Assembly: GCA_040756905.1 (NCBI GenBank)
Contig: JBFLYD010000044.1
Span: 2,718-66,717, forward strand
DNA length: 64,000 nucleotides
Source of the DNA: Acidobacteriota bacterium
GTDB lineage: Bacteria > Acidobacteriota > Aminicenantia > JBFLYD01
Reading direction: 5' to 3'
Shown here: positions 1-10,808 of the stretch, piece by piece
How the letters are laid out: each line of letters opens with the position of its first letter
Numbering within the stretch: the stretch's first letter is position 1
Notes under the pieces: model-generated
What the model saw: the letters and a program-made list of their open reading frames with translations, nothing else
Databases searched by the model: none
Told to the model about the DNA's origin: nothing
Program-made: the position numbers and the translations under genes

Positions 1-1326
1 TTTTTCGAGAACACATCTGTATTTTCCGAGCCTCATCGTTCCGCCCATATCTTCAATTCCTTTTAATTCTCTTAACTTAAGAAAAATTTTATATTCTGTA
101 TCAGGGTCAAATTCCTCACTGTTTGCATTCTTCAGATTGCATACATTTCGAGCAAATTCAATAGAGGCGCATTGCATTCCAAGGCAGATTCCAAAAAAAG
201 GTGTTTTTGTTTCCCTTGCAAATCTTATTGCATTTATCATCCCTTCTATTCCTCTTTTCCCAAATCCTCCTGGGATTAATATTCCATCAGCATCTTTCAA
301 GATCTCTTCTGTTTCTTCTGTTTCCATTCCTCCCTCAGAGGATGTCCATATAATATTTACCTTTAATCTAAATGGAATTCCTCCATGGATTAATGCCTCG
401 TTCAAACTTTTATAAGAATCTGTTAATCCTGTATACTTTCCGATCAAATAAATATCTACTTCGTCAACAGGGTTTTTAATCTTTTCCACCATTTCAACCC
501 ATTTATTCAAATCATTACCTTTATCATCTAAATTTAACAGTTTTAAAATTATGCTATCGATGCCTTCCTGGGAAAATACAAGGGGAATCTCATAAACGGT
601 ATTTACATCTTTTGCAGTAATAACTGCTTCTTCTGGGACATTTGTAAAAAGGGCGATTTTACTCTTAATTTCTTTAGAAAGAAATCTATCTGTTCTGCAT
701 AATATAATATCTGGCTGAATACCAATTTCTCTTAATTCTTTCACACTATGCTGGGTTGGCTTTGTTTTTAGTTCTCCTGCGGCCGGGATGAAAGGAACAA
801 GAGTAAGATGTATAAAAAGAGTATTTTCTTTTCCTAACTCCTGTCGTATTTGTCTTATTGCTTCTAAGAATGGAAGGCTTTCAATATCTCCTACAGTTCC
901 TCCTATTTCTACAATAACTATATCAAAACTATCTGAAATTGAGTAAATCGCATTCTTAATTTCGTCAGTTACATGGGGAATTACTTGAATTGTTTTCCCC
1001 AAAAAATCTCCCTTTCTTTCTTTATTGATTATCGCATTATAAATTCTTCCTGCGGTCCAGTTGTTTTCTTTGGATGTTATTAAGGAAGTAAATCTTTCAT
1101 AATGGCCCAGATCCAAATCGGTTTCAGCTCCATCATCAGTAACAAATACTTCTCCATGCTGGTAGGGACTTAAAGTGCCCGGGTCAACGTTTAAATAAGG
1201 ATCAAATTTCTGAAGGGCAACTCGATAGCCTCTATTTTCCAGTAGCATTCCAATTGAAGCAGCTGCCACTCCTTTTCCCAGAGATGAAACAACCCCGCCT
1301 GTTATAAATATATATTTAGATGGCAT
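1..1326 (-). CDS. pyrG: CTP synthase, partial (C-terminal end runs off the window)
   Basis: Not in the ORF track because it is open at the window edge. My minus-strand translation from ATG at 1326 reads [36 protein letters not shown]...[46 protein letters not shown]. This is the synthetase N-terminus plus the GATase Cys region. The start overlaps the kdsB stop. Confidence 0.9.
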   Translation of the reverse strand, partial: MPSKYIFITGGVVSSLGKGVAAASIGMLLENRGYRVALQKFDPYLNVDPGTLSPYQHGEVFVTDDGAETDLDLGHYERFTSLITSKENNWTAGRIYNAIINKERKGDFLGKTIQVIPHVTDEIKNAIYSISDSFDIVIVEIGGTVGDIESLPFLEAIRQIRQELGKENTLFIHLTLVPFIPAAGELKTKPTQHSVKELREIGIQPDIILCRTDRFLSKEIKSKIALFTNVPEEAVITAKDVNTVYEIPLVFSQEGIDSIILKLLNLDDKGNDLNKWVEMVEKIKNPVDEVDIYLIGKYTGLTDSYKSLNEALIHGGIPFRLKVNIIWTSSEGGMETEETEEILKDADGILIPGGFGKRGIEGMINAIRFARETKTPFFGICLGMQCASIEFARNVCNLKNANSEEFDPDTEYKIFLKLRELKGIEDMGGTMRLGKYRCVLEK

Positions 1327-2038
1327 TTTTAAGCTCCATTTCTATTTTTTCTATATCTTCAGGTGTATCAACTCCAATTGTATGGTACGGAGATTCTATA
1401 ACTTTTATCTTATATCCATATTCAATTGCCCTTAGTTGCTCCAGGTTTTCGATTCTTTCCAGAGGAGAAGGGCTCAGCTTAACGAGATTTAACAGAATTT
1501 GTTTTTTGAATCCATAAACTCCAATGTGTTTGAAATAAATTCTGTTGTCTTGCCTGCAGTATGGAATTGGAGACCTTGAAAAGTAAATTGCAAAGCCTTT
1601 TAAATCTGTTATTACTTTTACCATATTAGGGCTCAAGTATGAATCATCGAGAATTTTTTCTTTTACTGTTACAATATCAATGGTGATATCCTGAAGTTCT
1701 TCCACCATTTTGTCGATGATTAAAGGAGATATTAATGGTTCATCTCCCTGTATGTTGACTATTAGTTCATCATCATATTTTTCTGAAACCTCTGCTATTC
1801 TTTCCGTGCCAGTGCTATGAGATGAAAAGGTTATCAAAGCATTTCCTCCATATTTCTCTACTTTTCTTTGTACTTCATAACTATCAGTTGCCACAATAAC
1901 ATCTCTTAGAAGCTTAGCCTTTTTTGCTCTTTCGTACACCCATATAATCATAGGTTTGTCTTTTATCATAGCTAAAGGTTTCCCCATAAACCTGGAAGAT
2001 GCATATCGAGCAGGGATGATTCCAAGGGCTTTTTTCAT
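1316..2038 (-). CDS. kdsB: 3-deoxy-manno-octulosonate cytidylyltransferase (CMP-KDO synthetase)
   Basis: The ORF contains [31 protein letters not shown]...NIQGDEPLI, typical of KdsB. I prefer the internal ATG at 2038, just after the bactofilin stop, over the track start at 2059. Confidence 0.88.
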   Translation of the reverse strand: MKKALGIIPARYASSRFMGKPLAMIKDKPMIIWVYERAKKAKLLRDVIVATDSYEVQRKVEKYGGNALITFSSHSTGTERIAEVSEKYDDELIVNIQGDEPLISPLIIDKMVEELQDITIDIVTVKEKILDDSYLSPNMVKVITDLKGFAIYFSRSPIPYCRQDNRIYFKHIGVYGFKKQILLNLVKLSPSPLERIENLEQLRAIEYGYKIKVIESPYHTIGVDTPEDIEKIEMELKNAI

Positions 2039-2382
2039 TTTTTTGTATTCATGATACAATTTCCTTCGAAATAGGCACCTTCTTCTATTACAAGTATAGA
2101 GGTTTCTATTGTACCAAATATTCTTCCTTTGTTGTGAACTTCAACCCTATCTTTTGCAATAATTTTTCCCTTTACGAGTCCATTTATGTACACACTTCCT
2201 ATGGATATATCTGCTTCAACCTCTCCGTTTTCTCCTATTAATAACGATGAATCTGAGGAAATTTTTCCCTTAAAAATTCCATCAATTCTGAAAGAACCAG
2301 TAAAATTTAATTCTCCATTAAATTCAGTTCCCTTATCAATAAAACCTACTAAGTTGCTCAATTCACTCTTTTTTTTGGACAT
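2035..2382 (-). CDS. Bactofilin (DUF583 polymer-forming cytoskeletal protein)
   Basis: 115 aa with a repetitive beta-helix pattern: FNGELNFTGSFRIDGIFKGKI...IGSVYINGLVKGKIIAKDRVEVHNKGRIFGTIET..LVIEEGAYFEGNC. It starts 2 nt after the parB stop. Confidence 0.85.
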   Translation of the reverse strand: MSKKKSELSNLVGFIDKGTEFNGELNFTGSFRIDGIFKGKISSDSSLLIGENGEVEADISIGSVYINGLVKGKIIAKDRVEVHNKGRIFGTIETSILVIEEGAYFEGNCIMNTKK

Positions 2383-2383
2383 T

Positions 2384-3229
2384 TTACATCCTTTCCCTCA
2401 TTAATTTTAAAATTCTGTTTAATTCATTGTCGGAGAAAAATTTTATTGAAATATACCCTCCTTTTTTTGTCTTTTTTATCTTTACTTGAGTTCCAAAAAA
2501 TTTTCTTAATTCTTCCTCGATATTGAGAATATCAGGGTCAATTTGTATACCTATCCTTGATTCTTTTTTCTTTTTCATCCTTTTTATTATTTTCTCAAGT
2601 TCTCTTACAGATAAATCTTTTTTTATTGTGATAGCACACAATATTTTTTGATCTTCTTCATTTTCAATTGAAAGGAGTGCTCTTGCATGGCCCATTGAAA
2701 TTTTGTTCTCTGCCAAGGCATCTTTAATTTCCTTAGGAAGTTTGAGGAGCCTTAAATAATTTGCGATAGAGCTTCTGTCTTTTCCTATTTTTTCAGCTAC
2801 TTCTTCCTGGGTTAAACCCATTCCTTCCACAAGATGATGATATGCAGTAGCAATTTCCAGAGGGTTTAAATCCTCTCTCTGGATATTTTCAATAAGAGAG
2901 AGTTCCAGCTGTTTTTCAGGTGGAATTTTTTTGATGATTGCTGGAATTCTTTTTATTCCTATTTTTTGTGCTGCTCTCCATCTTCTTTCTCCTGTAACTA
3001 TTCTGAAATAGCTTTCGTCTGACACAACGATTATTGGCTGTAATACGCCTGTTTCCTTCATCGAGTTAGCTAATTCATCTAAAGAATCGTCTGAGAATTT
3101 AACTCTCGGCTGCAACTCATTCGGTTTAATTAAATCAATGTCAATTTCAGAATATCTTTCACCTCTTAACAGAGAAATATCCTCAGAAATAAGATCTCTT
3201 ATCCCTCTTCCAAGAACCTTTCTACTCAT
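2384..3229 (-). CDS. parB: Chromosome partitioning protein ParB (Spo0J)
   Basis: Contains LQPIIV...GERRWRAA (ParB box) and an HTH segment QEEVAEKIGKDRSSIANYLRLLKLP. It overlaps the parA stop. Confidence 0.92.
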   Translation of the reverse strand: MSRKVLGRGIRDLISEDISLLRGERYSEIDIDLIKPNELQPRVKFSDDSLDELANSMKETGVLQPIIVVSDESYFRIVTGERRWRAAQKIGIKRIPAIIKKIPPEKQLELSLIENIQREDLNPLEIATAYHHLVEGMGLTQEEVAEKIGKDRSSIANYLRLLKLPKEIKDALAENKISMGHARALLSIENEEDQKILCAITIKKDLSVRELEKIIKRMKKKKESRIGIQIDPDILNIEEELRKFFGTQVKIKKTKKGGYISIKFFSDNELNRILKLMRERM

Positions 3230-3986
3230 TTTTTAATATCTCCTTTGCCAAATTCATGTAGGAAATGGCTCCTTTAGATTTTATATCATAGAGTATTATA
3301 GGAAGGCCAAAGCTTGGAGCCTCTCCTAATTTTACATTTCTTGGGATTACAGTGCTGAAAACCTTTTGTCTAAATAGTTCTCTTACTTCCTTCTCAATCT
3401 GATTGGATAGATTCGTTCGTTCATCATGCATTGTAAGAAGTATTCCCTCCAGCTCAAGCATTGGATTTAAGTACTTTCTAACCTCTTCAAATGTATCAAG
3501 GAGGTCAGAAAGGCCTTCAAGGGCATAATATTCGCATTGAAGGGGTATCAGAACAGAAGTTGCGGCAACTAAAGAATTAAGTGTAAGATAACCCAGAGAT
3601 GGCGGGCAATCGATTAGTATATATTGATATTTATTTTCCAATGATGAGAGTGATAAACGAAGCTTTTTTTCTCTATCTTCCCAATGCAAAAACTCAATTT
3701 CTGCTGATGCAAGGGATTTTGTTGAGGGGCATAAATCTAAATATTTTAATTTTGTTTTGATAATCGAATCATGGATTAAGGCTTCTTGGGTTATTGTTTC
3801 AAAAATGCCAGGATTAATTTCATCTCTTTTGAACCCGAGTCCGCTTGTTGCATTACCCTGGGGATCCATGTCAACGATCAAAACTCTTATCTCTGCAGCA
3901 GATAAGGAAGCACCAAGGTTTATAACAGTAGTGGTTTTACCTACCCCTCCTTTTTGATTTGCTACAGCCAAAATTTTTTTCTTCAT
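3222..3986 (-). CDS. parA: Chromosome partitioning ATPase ParA (Soj)
   Basis: Contains the deviant Walker A motif ANQKGGVGKTTTVINL, then VLIVDMDPQGNAT and a ParA-type C-terminus. Confidence 0.92.
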   Translation of the reverse strand: MKKKILAVANQKGGVGKTTTVINLGASLSAAEIRVLIVDMDPQGNATSGLGFKRDEINPGIFETITQEALIHDSIIKTKLKYLDLCPSTKSLASAEIEFLHWEDREKKLRLSLSSLENKYQYILIDCPPSLGYLTLNSLVAATSVLIPLQCEYYALEGLSDLLDTFEEVRKYLNPMLELEGILLTMHDERTNLSNQIEKEVRELFRQKVFSTVIPRNVKLGEAPSFGLPIILYDIKSKGAISYMNLAKEILKNE

Positions 3987-4608
3987 AATGTTCCACGTGA
4001 AACATTTTTTAAAATCAATAGAAATAGCCTGGCTTTTTTAGGTATTTGATATAATTCCCATTCAAAACTTTTCATTTTTTTTATATTTTTGAGTCTTTTA
4101 ATTTCATTTTCGCCTGTTACAAATGCATATCCAATTTTAATCATTTCTAAATCATGCCTAACAAATTTTTCTTTATATTTTATTCCCATTGAGACTAAAT
4201 AATCAAATTTTTGTTTTTTCATTTTAAAAATTTTTAATGAAGAATTGAAATCCAACCCTAAAACTTCAATATCCAAAAATGAAAATGCCTCTTTTAATTT
4301 TTTTAAAAATAAACTTTTTTTTTATCGGGTTCAATTTGGATTATTTCAGCTCTGTTATTAAGGATTTTTAAGGGAATACTTGGAAATCCAGCACCTGCTC
4401 CGACATCTACAAGAGAATTGTAAGGGGATATTTTTTCTCCCATGAACAGACTTATAGATAATAAATTTAAAAAATTAATATCAAAATTTTTTCTCGAAAC
4501 TAAATTCATTTTTTCATTCCATTCTTTTAAAAAATGGAAAAAAAAATCGAATTGATCTACCTGGGCTGGATTAAGATATGCAAAGGAGTTTTTAATTATT
4601 TGCTTCAT
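3983..4608 (-). pseudogene. rsmG: 16S rRNA (guanine527-N7)-methyltransferase RsmG/GidB, split by a frameshift in an A9 run
   Basis: ORF 4303-4608 carries the N-terminal half, including the SAM motif VDVGAGAGFPSIPLKI. ORF 3983-4276 carries the C-terminal half. The reading frame breaks at the homopolymer at 4315-4323 (T9 on the plus strand). Adding one A gives EPDKKKSLFLKKLKEAFSFLDIEVLGL and joins the two halves. Confidence 0.8.
3989..4004. promoter_or_regulatory. parS: parS centromere-like site
   Basis: TGTTCCACGTGAAACA matches the palindromic parS consensus TGTTTCACGTGAAACA at 15 of 16 positions. It lies 3 nt upstream of the parA start, inside the last codons of rsmG. Confidence 0.8.
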
Positions 4609-6451
4609 TTGCTTTTTGTTGTATTAGATGTATATAGATAGCTAATATTTTTAATGCAGCTGGCGTCATCCCTGGAATATTTGAAGCTTCTCCAAGAGTT
4701 AATGGCTTAAATTTTTTCAATTTCTCAACAATCTCTTTAGATAATCCAGAAACGTTATCAAAATTTAAACCATCGGGAATTTTTTTAGAATATTCTTTTA
4801 ATAATTTTTTTATTTCTTTTTTCTCTTTTTCAATATACCCACTGTATTTTATTTCCGCTTCGATATACTTAATTTCTTCCTCTTTAAGATTCATTATCTC
4901 ATTTTTATCAGGAATATATTTTAATATACATTTGAAATTTATTGAAGGGTTTTTTAAGTATTGTTCCAATGAAATTTTTTCTTTTTTTTCTTCAAGATAA
5001 ATCTTTTCTTTTTTTAACATATCGATGATTTTTTTCAGTTTTTTTTTCCTCTCCAGAAACTTTTCAATAACATCTTTTTCGATAAGTCCATATTTTAATG
5101 AATATTTCATTAACCTTTCGTCAGCGTTATCAATCCTTAACATCAATCTATGTTCTGCTCTTGAAGTGAAAAGTCTGTATGGTTCATCAACTCCTCTTCT
5201 GATTAAATCATCGAGAAGGACTCCCATATATGCCTCATCTCTTCTTAAAATAAAAGGTTCTTTTTTCATTATTTTAAGGGATGTGTTTATTCCTGCCATA
5301 ATACCCTGCGCTGCTGCTTCCTCATAGCCAGAAGTTCCATTTATTTGCCCTGCAAAGAAGAGATTTTCTATTTCTATTGTTTCGAGACTATGTTTTATCT
5401 GCTGGGGGTTTACAAAATCATATTCAATTCCATAGGCTGGTCTTACTATTTCTGCATTCTCAAGGCCTTCAATGTTCTTTAAAATTTCGGTCTGAACTTC
5501 TACAGGTAAACTGGAAGAGATTCCATTTACATAAATTTCATTCGTGTCCAATCCTTCTGGCTCCAAAAAAAATTGGTGTCTTTCTTTATGGGGAAATTTA
5601 ACCACTTTATCCTCAATTGAGGGACAATATCTCGGCCCAATTCCGATGATTTTTCCACTGTATAAAGGAGATTTATCCAGATTTTTTCTGATGATTTCAT
5701 GAACTTTTTTGTTTGTATACCCTATGTAACATTTAATTTCGTTGCGTAACTTTTTTTCTGTTCTAAAAGAAAATGGAGTTGGGTTTTCATCTCCCTCTTG
5801 AGGTTCAAATACATCCCAGTTAATGGTCCTTTTATTCAATCTCATAGGAGTCCCTGTTTTTAGCCTCCCAAGTTTAAAACCCAAGTTTTCAAGGGATCTT
5901 GAAAGCTGAATTGAAGGGGGTTCGTTCGCCCTTCCTGCAGGATAAGAATTTAACCCGATGTGGATCAGTCCATTTAAAAAGGTTCCCGGAGAAATTATCA
6001 CACAATTTCCAGTGATTTCAATTCCTTCTCTTAATCTAACTCCAACAGCTTTTTTTCTGTGGATGAGGACATCAACAACTTCTCCCTGATAAATCTTTAA
6101 ATTTTCGACTTTTTCCAGAAAGTTTTTCATCGATATCCTATATTTTACCTTATCGCATTGGGCTCGAGGAGCTTGAACTGCATATCCTCTGCTTTGGTTT
6201 AAAAGTCTAAATTGTATCCCGGTTTCATCAGCTAATGTACCCATGATCCCTCCAAGGGCATCGATTTCCCGAACTAAATGGCCCTTTGCCAAGCCTCCAA
6301 TTGCTGGATTACAGGACATTTGTGCAATGGTGTCAAGGTTAAGAGTTATAAGAATTGTTCTCATTCCCATTTTTGATGAGATATGAACTGATTCGCAGCC
6401 ACTATGTCCAGCACCAACAACGATTACATCAAAATCTCTAAAACCCATCAT
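4592..6451 (-). CDS. mnmG: tRNA uridine 5-carboxymethylaminomethyl modification enzyme MnmG (GidA)
   Basis: 619 aa with the FAD motif DVIVVGAGHSGCE, plus GGLAKGHLVREIDALGG and GQINGTSGYEEAAAQG. Confidence 0.95.
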   Translation of the reverse strand: MMGFRDFDVIVVGAGHSGCESVHISSKMGMRTILITLNLDTIAQMSCNPAIGGLAKGHLVREIDALGGIMGTLADETGIQFRLLNQSRGYAVQAPRAQCDKVKYRISMKNFLEKVENLKIYQGEVVDVLIHRKKAVGVRLREGIEITGNCVIISPGTFLNGLIHIGLNSYPAGRANEPPSIQLSRSLENLGFKLGRLKTGTPMRLNKRTINWDVFEPQEGDENPTPFSFRTEKKLRNEIKCYIGYTNKKVHEIIRKNLDKSPLYSGKIIGIGPRYCPSIEDKVVKFPHKERHQFFLEPEGLDTNEIYVNGISSSLPVEVQTEILKNIEGLENAEIVRPAYGIEYDFVNPQQIKHSLETIEIENLFFAGQINGTSGYEEAAAQGIMAGINTSLKIMKKEPFILRRDEAYMGVLLDDLIRRGVDEPYRLFTSRAEHRLMLRIDNADERLMKYSLKYGLIEKDVIEKFLERKKKLKKIIDMLKKEKIYLEEKKEKISLEQYLKNPSINFKCILKYIPDKNEIMNLKEEEIKYIEAEIKYSGYIEKEKKEIKKLLKEYSKKIPDGLNFDNVSGLSKEIVEKLKKFKPLTLGEASNIPGMTPAALKILAIYIHLIQQKANEANN

Positions 6452-7815
6452 TTTCCAACACAGAAGTTTTGAAAGATATTGTTAATAATTTCCTCAACTT
6501 TAATTTCTCCTGTGAGCTTTCCAAGAGAATTCATCGCTCCTTTTAATTCCTCAATGATTATTTCTTCTCTATATCCATTTTCAAAAAAATCGAACCCTTT
6601 TTCAAGAAACTTTAACACCTCTTCCAAAACCTGCTTCTGTCTTAGATTGAGAATAAATTCGCTTTCTTTTATTTCTGAAACAAAGAAGTTATTAATTAAA
6701 TTTTCAAGTTGATTAAGGTTTGCCCTTAATTTTGCTGAGATTTCTACAGAAGGTCTTCCGTCTAAAATTTTTATAATTTTTTCTGTTTCAAGTTTTCTGG
6801 GAAGATCCATTTTATTAAACACAATAATCATGTTTTTATTTTTCACTTTATCGATAATTTCATAATCTTTTTTAGAAACCCTTTTTGAGAGGTCAAAAAT
6901 AAGGAGGATACCATCAGATTTTTTAATAATTTCTTCTCCTTTTTTTATGCTTTCAATATCAATAGCGTTGTTTGATTTTTCAATTCCTGCAGTGTCGATT
7001 AAAGAACATGGGATGTCATTTATAAGAATTGTTTCTCTTATATAATCTCGAGTGGTTCCAGGGAATTGGGTTACTATTGCCCTTTCTTCTTTTAGAAGAG
7101 AATTAAAAAGGGTGGATTTTCCAACATTTGGTTTTCCGGTTATAGAGAGAGAAAATCCCTCTTTTAAAAGCTTACCATACTCAAATGTTTCTAACATTTT
7201 ACTTATATCTTCTATTAGCTGTTTTATCCAGAGACCATAAAGATCCCAATTTATTTCTAAGTTCTCGTCCGGAAATTCAATGCTCGCTTCTACAGAAGAA
7301 ATTATATCTATTAATTTTTTTTTGATGGCTTCAATTTTTTTAGAAAGAAACCCTTCAGATTGAGTGAATGAAACAAGAGCCTGTTTTAGAGTGTTTGACA
7401 TTATCAAATCATTTATAGCCTCTGCCTGGAGCAAGTCTATTTTACCGTTTAGAAAAGCTCTCTGAGTGAATTCTCCTGGTTCTGCCAGCCTCGCGCCTGA
7501 TTTTATACCTAACAGTAACACATAATTTAGAATAGGAGGACTGCTAAAACAGCTGATTTCTACCACATCTTCACCAGTATAAGATCTGGGAGCTTTGAAA
7601 TAGGTGACAAGGGCTTTATGGATTTTAATGTGTTTTTCAGGATCAATTATAAAGCCGGTAAAAATTTCTCTTGGCTTTAAATCATCCCACCCTTTTACAG
7701 GGATAAATATTTTTTTTATTATGCTTAAAGATGAGTTGCCGCTTACTCTAACTATCCCTATGCCGCCTCTTCCATATGGAGTAGATATGGCGATGATTGT
7801 ATCATTATTTTTCAT
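6448..7815 (-). CDS. mnmE: tRNA modification GTPase MnmE (TrmE)
   Basis: N-terminus [23 protein letters not shown] domain [12 protein letters not shown]...DTAGI...NKMD, and the C-terminal CVGK tetrapeptide. Confidence 0.95.
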   Translation of the reverse strand: MKNNDTIIAISTPYGRGGIGIVRVSGNSSLSIIKKIFIPVKGWDDLKPREIFTGFIIDPEKHIKIHKALVTYFKAPRSYTGEDVVEISCFSSPPILNYVLLLGIKSGARLAEPGEFTQRAFLNGKIDLLQAEAINDLIMSNTLKQALVSFTQSEGFLSKKIEAIKKKLIDIISSVEASIEFPDENLEINWDLYGLWIKQLIEDISKMLETFEYGKLLKEGFSLSITGKPNVGKSTLFNSLLKEERAIVTQFPGTTRDYIRETILINDIPCSLIDTAGIEKSNNAIDIESIKKGEEIIKKSDGILLIFDLSKRVSKKDYEIIDKVKNKNMIIVFNKMDLPRKLETEKIIKILDGRPSVEISAKLRANLNQLENLINNFFVSEIKESEFILNLRQKQVLEEVLKFLEKGFDFFENGYREEIIIEELKGAMNSLGKLTGEIKVEEIINNIFQNFCVGK

Positions 7816-8422
7816 ATTGAACAGGGCTTATTACAACCTTTTTAAGGAATCCCTTGCCAGTACTTGAACTAATAACTCCATGGATATTATTGATTGTAGT
7901 ATGTACAATCTTTCTTTCCCATGGGTTTAAAGGGCCGATTGACTCGTCCTTTTTGGATTTTATTACATTTTCAGCAGTTTGTTTAGCAATCTCAATCAAC
8001 TTATTTTCCCTTTTTTTTCTAAAACCCTGACAATCGAGTACTATTCTCTTTTGATAGTTAGAAAATGATTTATTCAACAAGTATTGAAGAGAATTTAGTA
8101 ATTCTCCTTTGTGTTCTAATAAGAAATTTTTATCATTCCCGAATAGAATAATCTCTATTATTTCTTCTCTTGATTTAATTTTAAAATCAAGATCCAATAG
8201 AGTCTGCCTCAAGAGTTCAGATAGAAATTTTGATACTTCTTCTTCATCTTTTGAATATTTTATTCCAGCTAATATAACTATCTCTCTTTTTTTAAACTCC
8301 ATAAATTTGGTTTTTTCTGCTATAACTTGAAATTCTATTCTTGATTTATCCTCTCTGAAATATCTTGAAGCTTCGTTCAATGCATCTTCAAGACTTCTTC
8401 CTCTGAATTCTTTTTTCTCCAT
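7805..8422 (-). CDS. jag: Jag/KhpB-type RNA-binding protein (Jag_N, KH, R3H)
   Basis: 205 aa with the conserved position downstream of yidC. It has an N-terminal Jag-like segment (SLEDALNEASRYF) and a C-terminal R3H-like segment LNPWERKIVHTTI. Confidence 0.8.
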   Translation of the reverse strand: MEKKEFRGRSLEDALNEASRYFREDKSRIEFQVIAEKTKFMEFKKREIVILAGIKYSKDEEEVSKFLSELLRQTLLDLDFKIKSREEIIEIILFGNDKNFLLEHKGELLNSLQYLLNKSFSNYQKRIVLDCQGFRKKRENKLIEIAKQTAENVIKSKKDESIGPLNPWERKIVHTTINNIHGVISSSTGKGFLKKVVISPVQYEK

Positions 8423-10010
8423 GTTCCTTTTTATAAATAAATTTATTAATCAAATATTGCTGTCCTATTTGAAGAATATTTTGGGTAAGCCAGTAGAGAA
8501 CAAGCCCACTTTGAAAATTTAGGAAGAAAATTGTCATAAATACAGGCATGAACATCATCAATTTTCTTTGAGCAGGGTCTCCTCCAGTTGGCGTCATTTT
8601 CTGAAGGATGAATTGAGTCGCTCCCATAAGTATTGGGGTTACGAAATAAGGGTCTTTTTTTGACAAATCTTTGATCCAGAATATAAAGGGTTGATGTCTC
8701 ATTTCAATTGATTTTGAAAGGAGATTAAAAAATCCCCATAGAATTGGAATTTGAAGAATAAGGGGAAGACAGCCGCCTGCAGGGTTTATTCCTTCTGATT
8801 TGTAGAGTTTCATTATTTCCTCATTCATCTTTTTTCGTTGTTCTGGATCTGTTTTATATTTTCTATATTTTTCTCTTATCGCTTTCATTTTAGGCTGAAT
8901 CTTTTGCATCTTTGCCATTGATATACTCGAAGACCATGTCAATGGGAACAGAATTACTTTAAGTATAAGAGTTAACAGAATTATGGAAAAACCATAATTA
9001 GGTATGAAAGAGTGGATAGACTTTAGAGCCTTTAATAGAATTTTTGCGATTATTCCAAAAAAGCCAAAATCTATTACTTTTTCCATCTGATTTCCCATCG
9101 AGCGAAGGAGGTCATAATCTTTGGGTCCAAAATAAATTGAATTTGGTTTAAATATCTTAAGATATTTTTCATTAGATTTATTTGAGTTTGGTGTTATTAT
9201 GGAGATTGAAGATTGCTCGTTTACAATTGCGATTTCAGTAAAATAAGTTGAATCATATGCAGCCCATGTAAGATAGCCATCATATAGTTTTCCATCTTTG
9301 AGTTTCTTTGTATCAATTCTCTTTAAGTTGTTCAAATTGAGGAAAACTATGTATTCCCTGTGAGACTTTAGGTCTTCCTCTGGGGGATTTCCTATTCTTG
9401 GAGTAAGAATGATTGAATAATTCTTTTTCTCATTATTTATATATATTTCATTTTCTATGTCCATAGTGTAAATTCCGCCGGTAAAGCTGTATTTCTTTTT
9501 ACCAGATATACTCTTCCCATCCGAGAAATAAAAGATCAAATCTTTTCTCTGGCCATTCTTTAAAGTGATATTTTCTTCTGAGGGACTGTAAAGGGAAGTG
9601 TTTAAAATCTTATCTATTTCAGAACTTCCAGTTTTTAAAGACAAAGGAAGTAGGTTATCATTATTTTTCTGGGAGATTAATTCAAGATTTGAACCTTTTT
9701 CATCCTTGTATTTTTTCATTTTAAGGCTTTTTAATACTCCACCTTTATTTAAGAATGTGGCAGAAAAAAGAGATGTTTCTACCTTTATCTCCTTTATATT
9801 TTTTTCTTCTACTACATTTTTTTCGATGAATTCACCAGTTTCTTTTTCTGTTTTAATTTTTTGAATTTCAGGTTGTTTTTTCTCTTTAATTTTTTCAATT
9901 AATTTGCTCTCTTTTAGCTTCTCAGGCTCAGGGGGCTTCAGAAAAAAACGCTGGTAAAGAAAAATGATTAAAAAAGATATTACTATAGCAAGAAGTAGCC
10001 TCTTTTCCAT
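8388..10010 (-). CDS. yidC: Membrane protein insertase YidC
   Basis: 540 aa with an N-terminal TM segment, a large periplasmic domain and the C-terminal 60-kDa insertase core (PLTWSSSISMAKMQKIQPKMKAIREKY...GCLPLILQIPILWGFF). Confidence 0.92.
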   Translation of the reverse strand: MEKRLLLAIVISFLIIFLYQRFFLKPPEPEKLKESKLIEKIKEKKQPEIQKIKTEKETGEFIEKNVVEEKNIKEIKVETSLFSATFLNKGGVLKSLKMKKYKDEKGSNLELISQKNNDNLLPLSLKTGSSEIDKILNTSLYSPSEENITLKNGQRKDLIFYFSDGKSISGKKKYSFTGGIYTMDIENEIYINNEKKNYSIILTPRIGNPPEEDLKSHREYIVFLNLNNLKRIDTKKLKDGKLYDGYLTWAAYDSTYFTEIAIVNEQSSISIITPNSNKSNEKYLKIFKPNSIYFGPKDYDLLRSMGNQMEKVIDFGFFGIIAKILLKALKSIHSFIPNYGFSIILLTLILKVILFPLTWSSSISMAKMQKIQPKMKAIREKYRKYKTDPEQRKKMNEEIMKLYKSEGINPAGGCLPLILQIPILWGFFNLLSKSIEMRHQPFIFWIKDLSKKDPYFVTPILMGATQFILQKMTPTGGDPAQRKLMMFMPVFMTIFFLNFQSGLVLYWLTQNILQIGQQYLINKFIYKKEHGEKRIQRKKS

Positions 10011-10013
10011 TTT

Positions 10014-10223
10014 TTATTTTAATAAATCTATGCCTCCTGGATGAAAGGGATGACATTTTAGAATTCTTTTCGTTCCTAAAAACACTCCTTTTAAGACTCC
10101 ATATTTTTCAATCGCCTCATAGGTATAAGATGAACAGGAAGGATAGAATCTACAGTTATCTCCCAGAAAAGGAGATAAGAATTGTTTGTATAATTTAATC
10201 AGAAACAAAATGGTCTTTTTCAT
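10014..10223 (-). CDS. yidD: Membrane protein insertion efficiency factor YidD
   Basis: 69 aa containing [35 protein letters not shown]...[10 protein letters not shown]. Confidence 0.92.
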   Translation of the reverse strand: MKKTILFLIKLYKQFLSPFLGDNCRFYPSCSSYTYEAIEKYGVLKGVFLGTKRILKCHPFHPGGIDLLK

Positions 10224-10224
10224 C

Positions 10225-10602
10225 TTAACAATAAGGATGATTTAGGAGGCTATTGTTCGAATTTCTTATCAATGGCTTTATTACCTCAATAAAATCTTTT
10301 TCGATTTCCTGATATTTTTTTTCTGACACTGAATTTTTTGGTATTATAAGAATATCCAATCCATCTTTAAATAAGTATTTATTTTTTCGGAATGCCTCTC
10401 TAAATAATCTTTTGACTCTATTTCTTTTCGTGGCTTTTCCTATTTTTTTTCCTGTTAGAATTGCCATTCTTGAAAATCCTAAGTCATTTGGACTAAAATA
10501 TAATCTAAAATTAATTCCTTCTCGTGTTCTTTTTTTGTTCAATATTGATTTAATCTCTTCTTTTTTTCTTATTCTTTCTTTTTTCAGAATTTTTTGATTC
10601 AT
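10225..10602 (-). CDS. rnpA: Ribonuclease P protein component
   Basis: 125 aa, basic, in the conserved rpmH-rnpA-yidD-yidC order. Contains the RNR-like motif [16 protein letters not shown]. Confidence 0.85.
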   Translation of the reverse strand: MNQKILKKERIRKKEEIKSILNKKRTREGINFRLYFSPNDLGFSRMAILTGKKIGKATKRNRVKRLFREAFRKNKYLFKDGLDILIIPKNSVSEKKYQEIEKDFIEVIKPLIRNSNNSLLNHPYC

Positions 10603-10736
10603 TGAGGAGCAAGATTTTTTCTTTTTTTTGCTCTTCTTCTTTTAAGAACTTTCCTTCCTCCCTTTGTAGACATTCTTACCAGAAATCCATGGGTTTTTTT
10701 CCTTCTTCTTATGTTTGGTTGAAAAGTTCTCTTCAA
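10599..10736 (-). CDS. rpmH: 50S ribosomal protein L34
   Basis: Below the ORF-track size cut-off. My translation from TTG at 10736 reads (M)[44 protein letters not shown]. Its TGA stop overlaps the rnpA ATG (ATGA). Confidence 0.85.
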   Translation of the reverse strand: MKRTFQPNIRRRKKTHGFLVRMSTKGGRKVLKRRRAKKRKNLAPQ

Positions 10737-10808
10737 TTTAGATTCTCCATCTTAAAAAAATATATTAAATGAATTACATTTTTTTTTCAACGATTATTTT
10801 ATGTAAAT

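Noticed and set aside
137-415. 92-aa plus-strand ORF at the left end of the window
   Set aside because: It is antisense to a clearly recognisable CTP synthase (pyrG) reading frame. It also has a low-complexity, Pro/Ile/Ser-rich composition typical of shadow ORFs.
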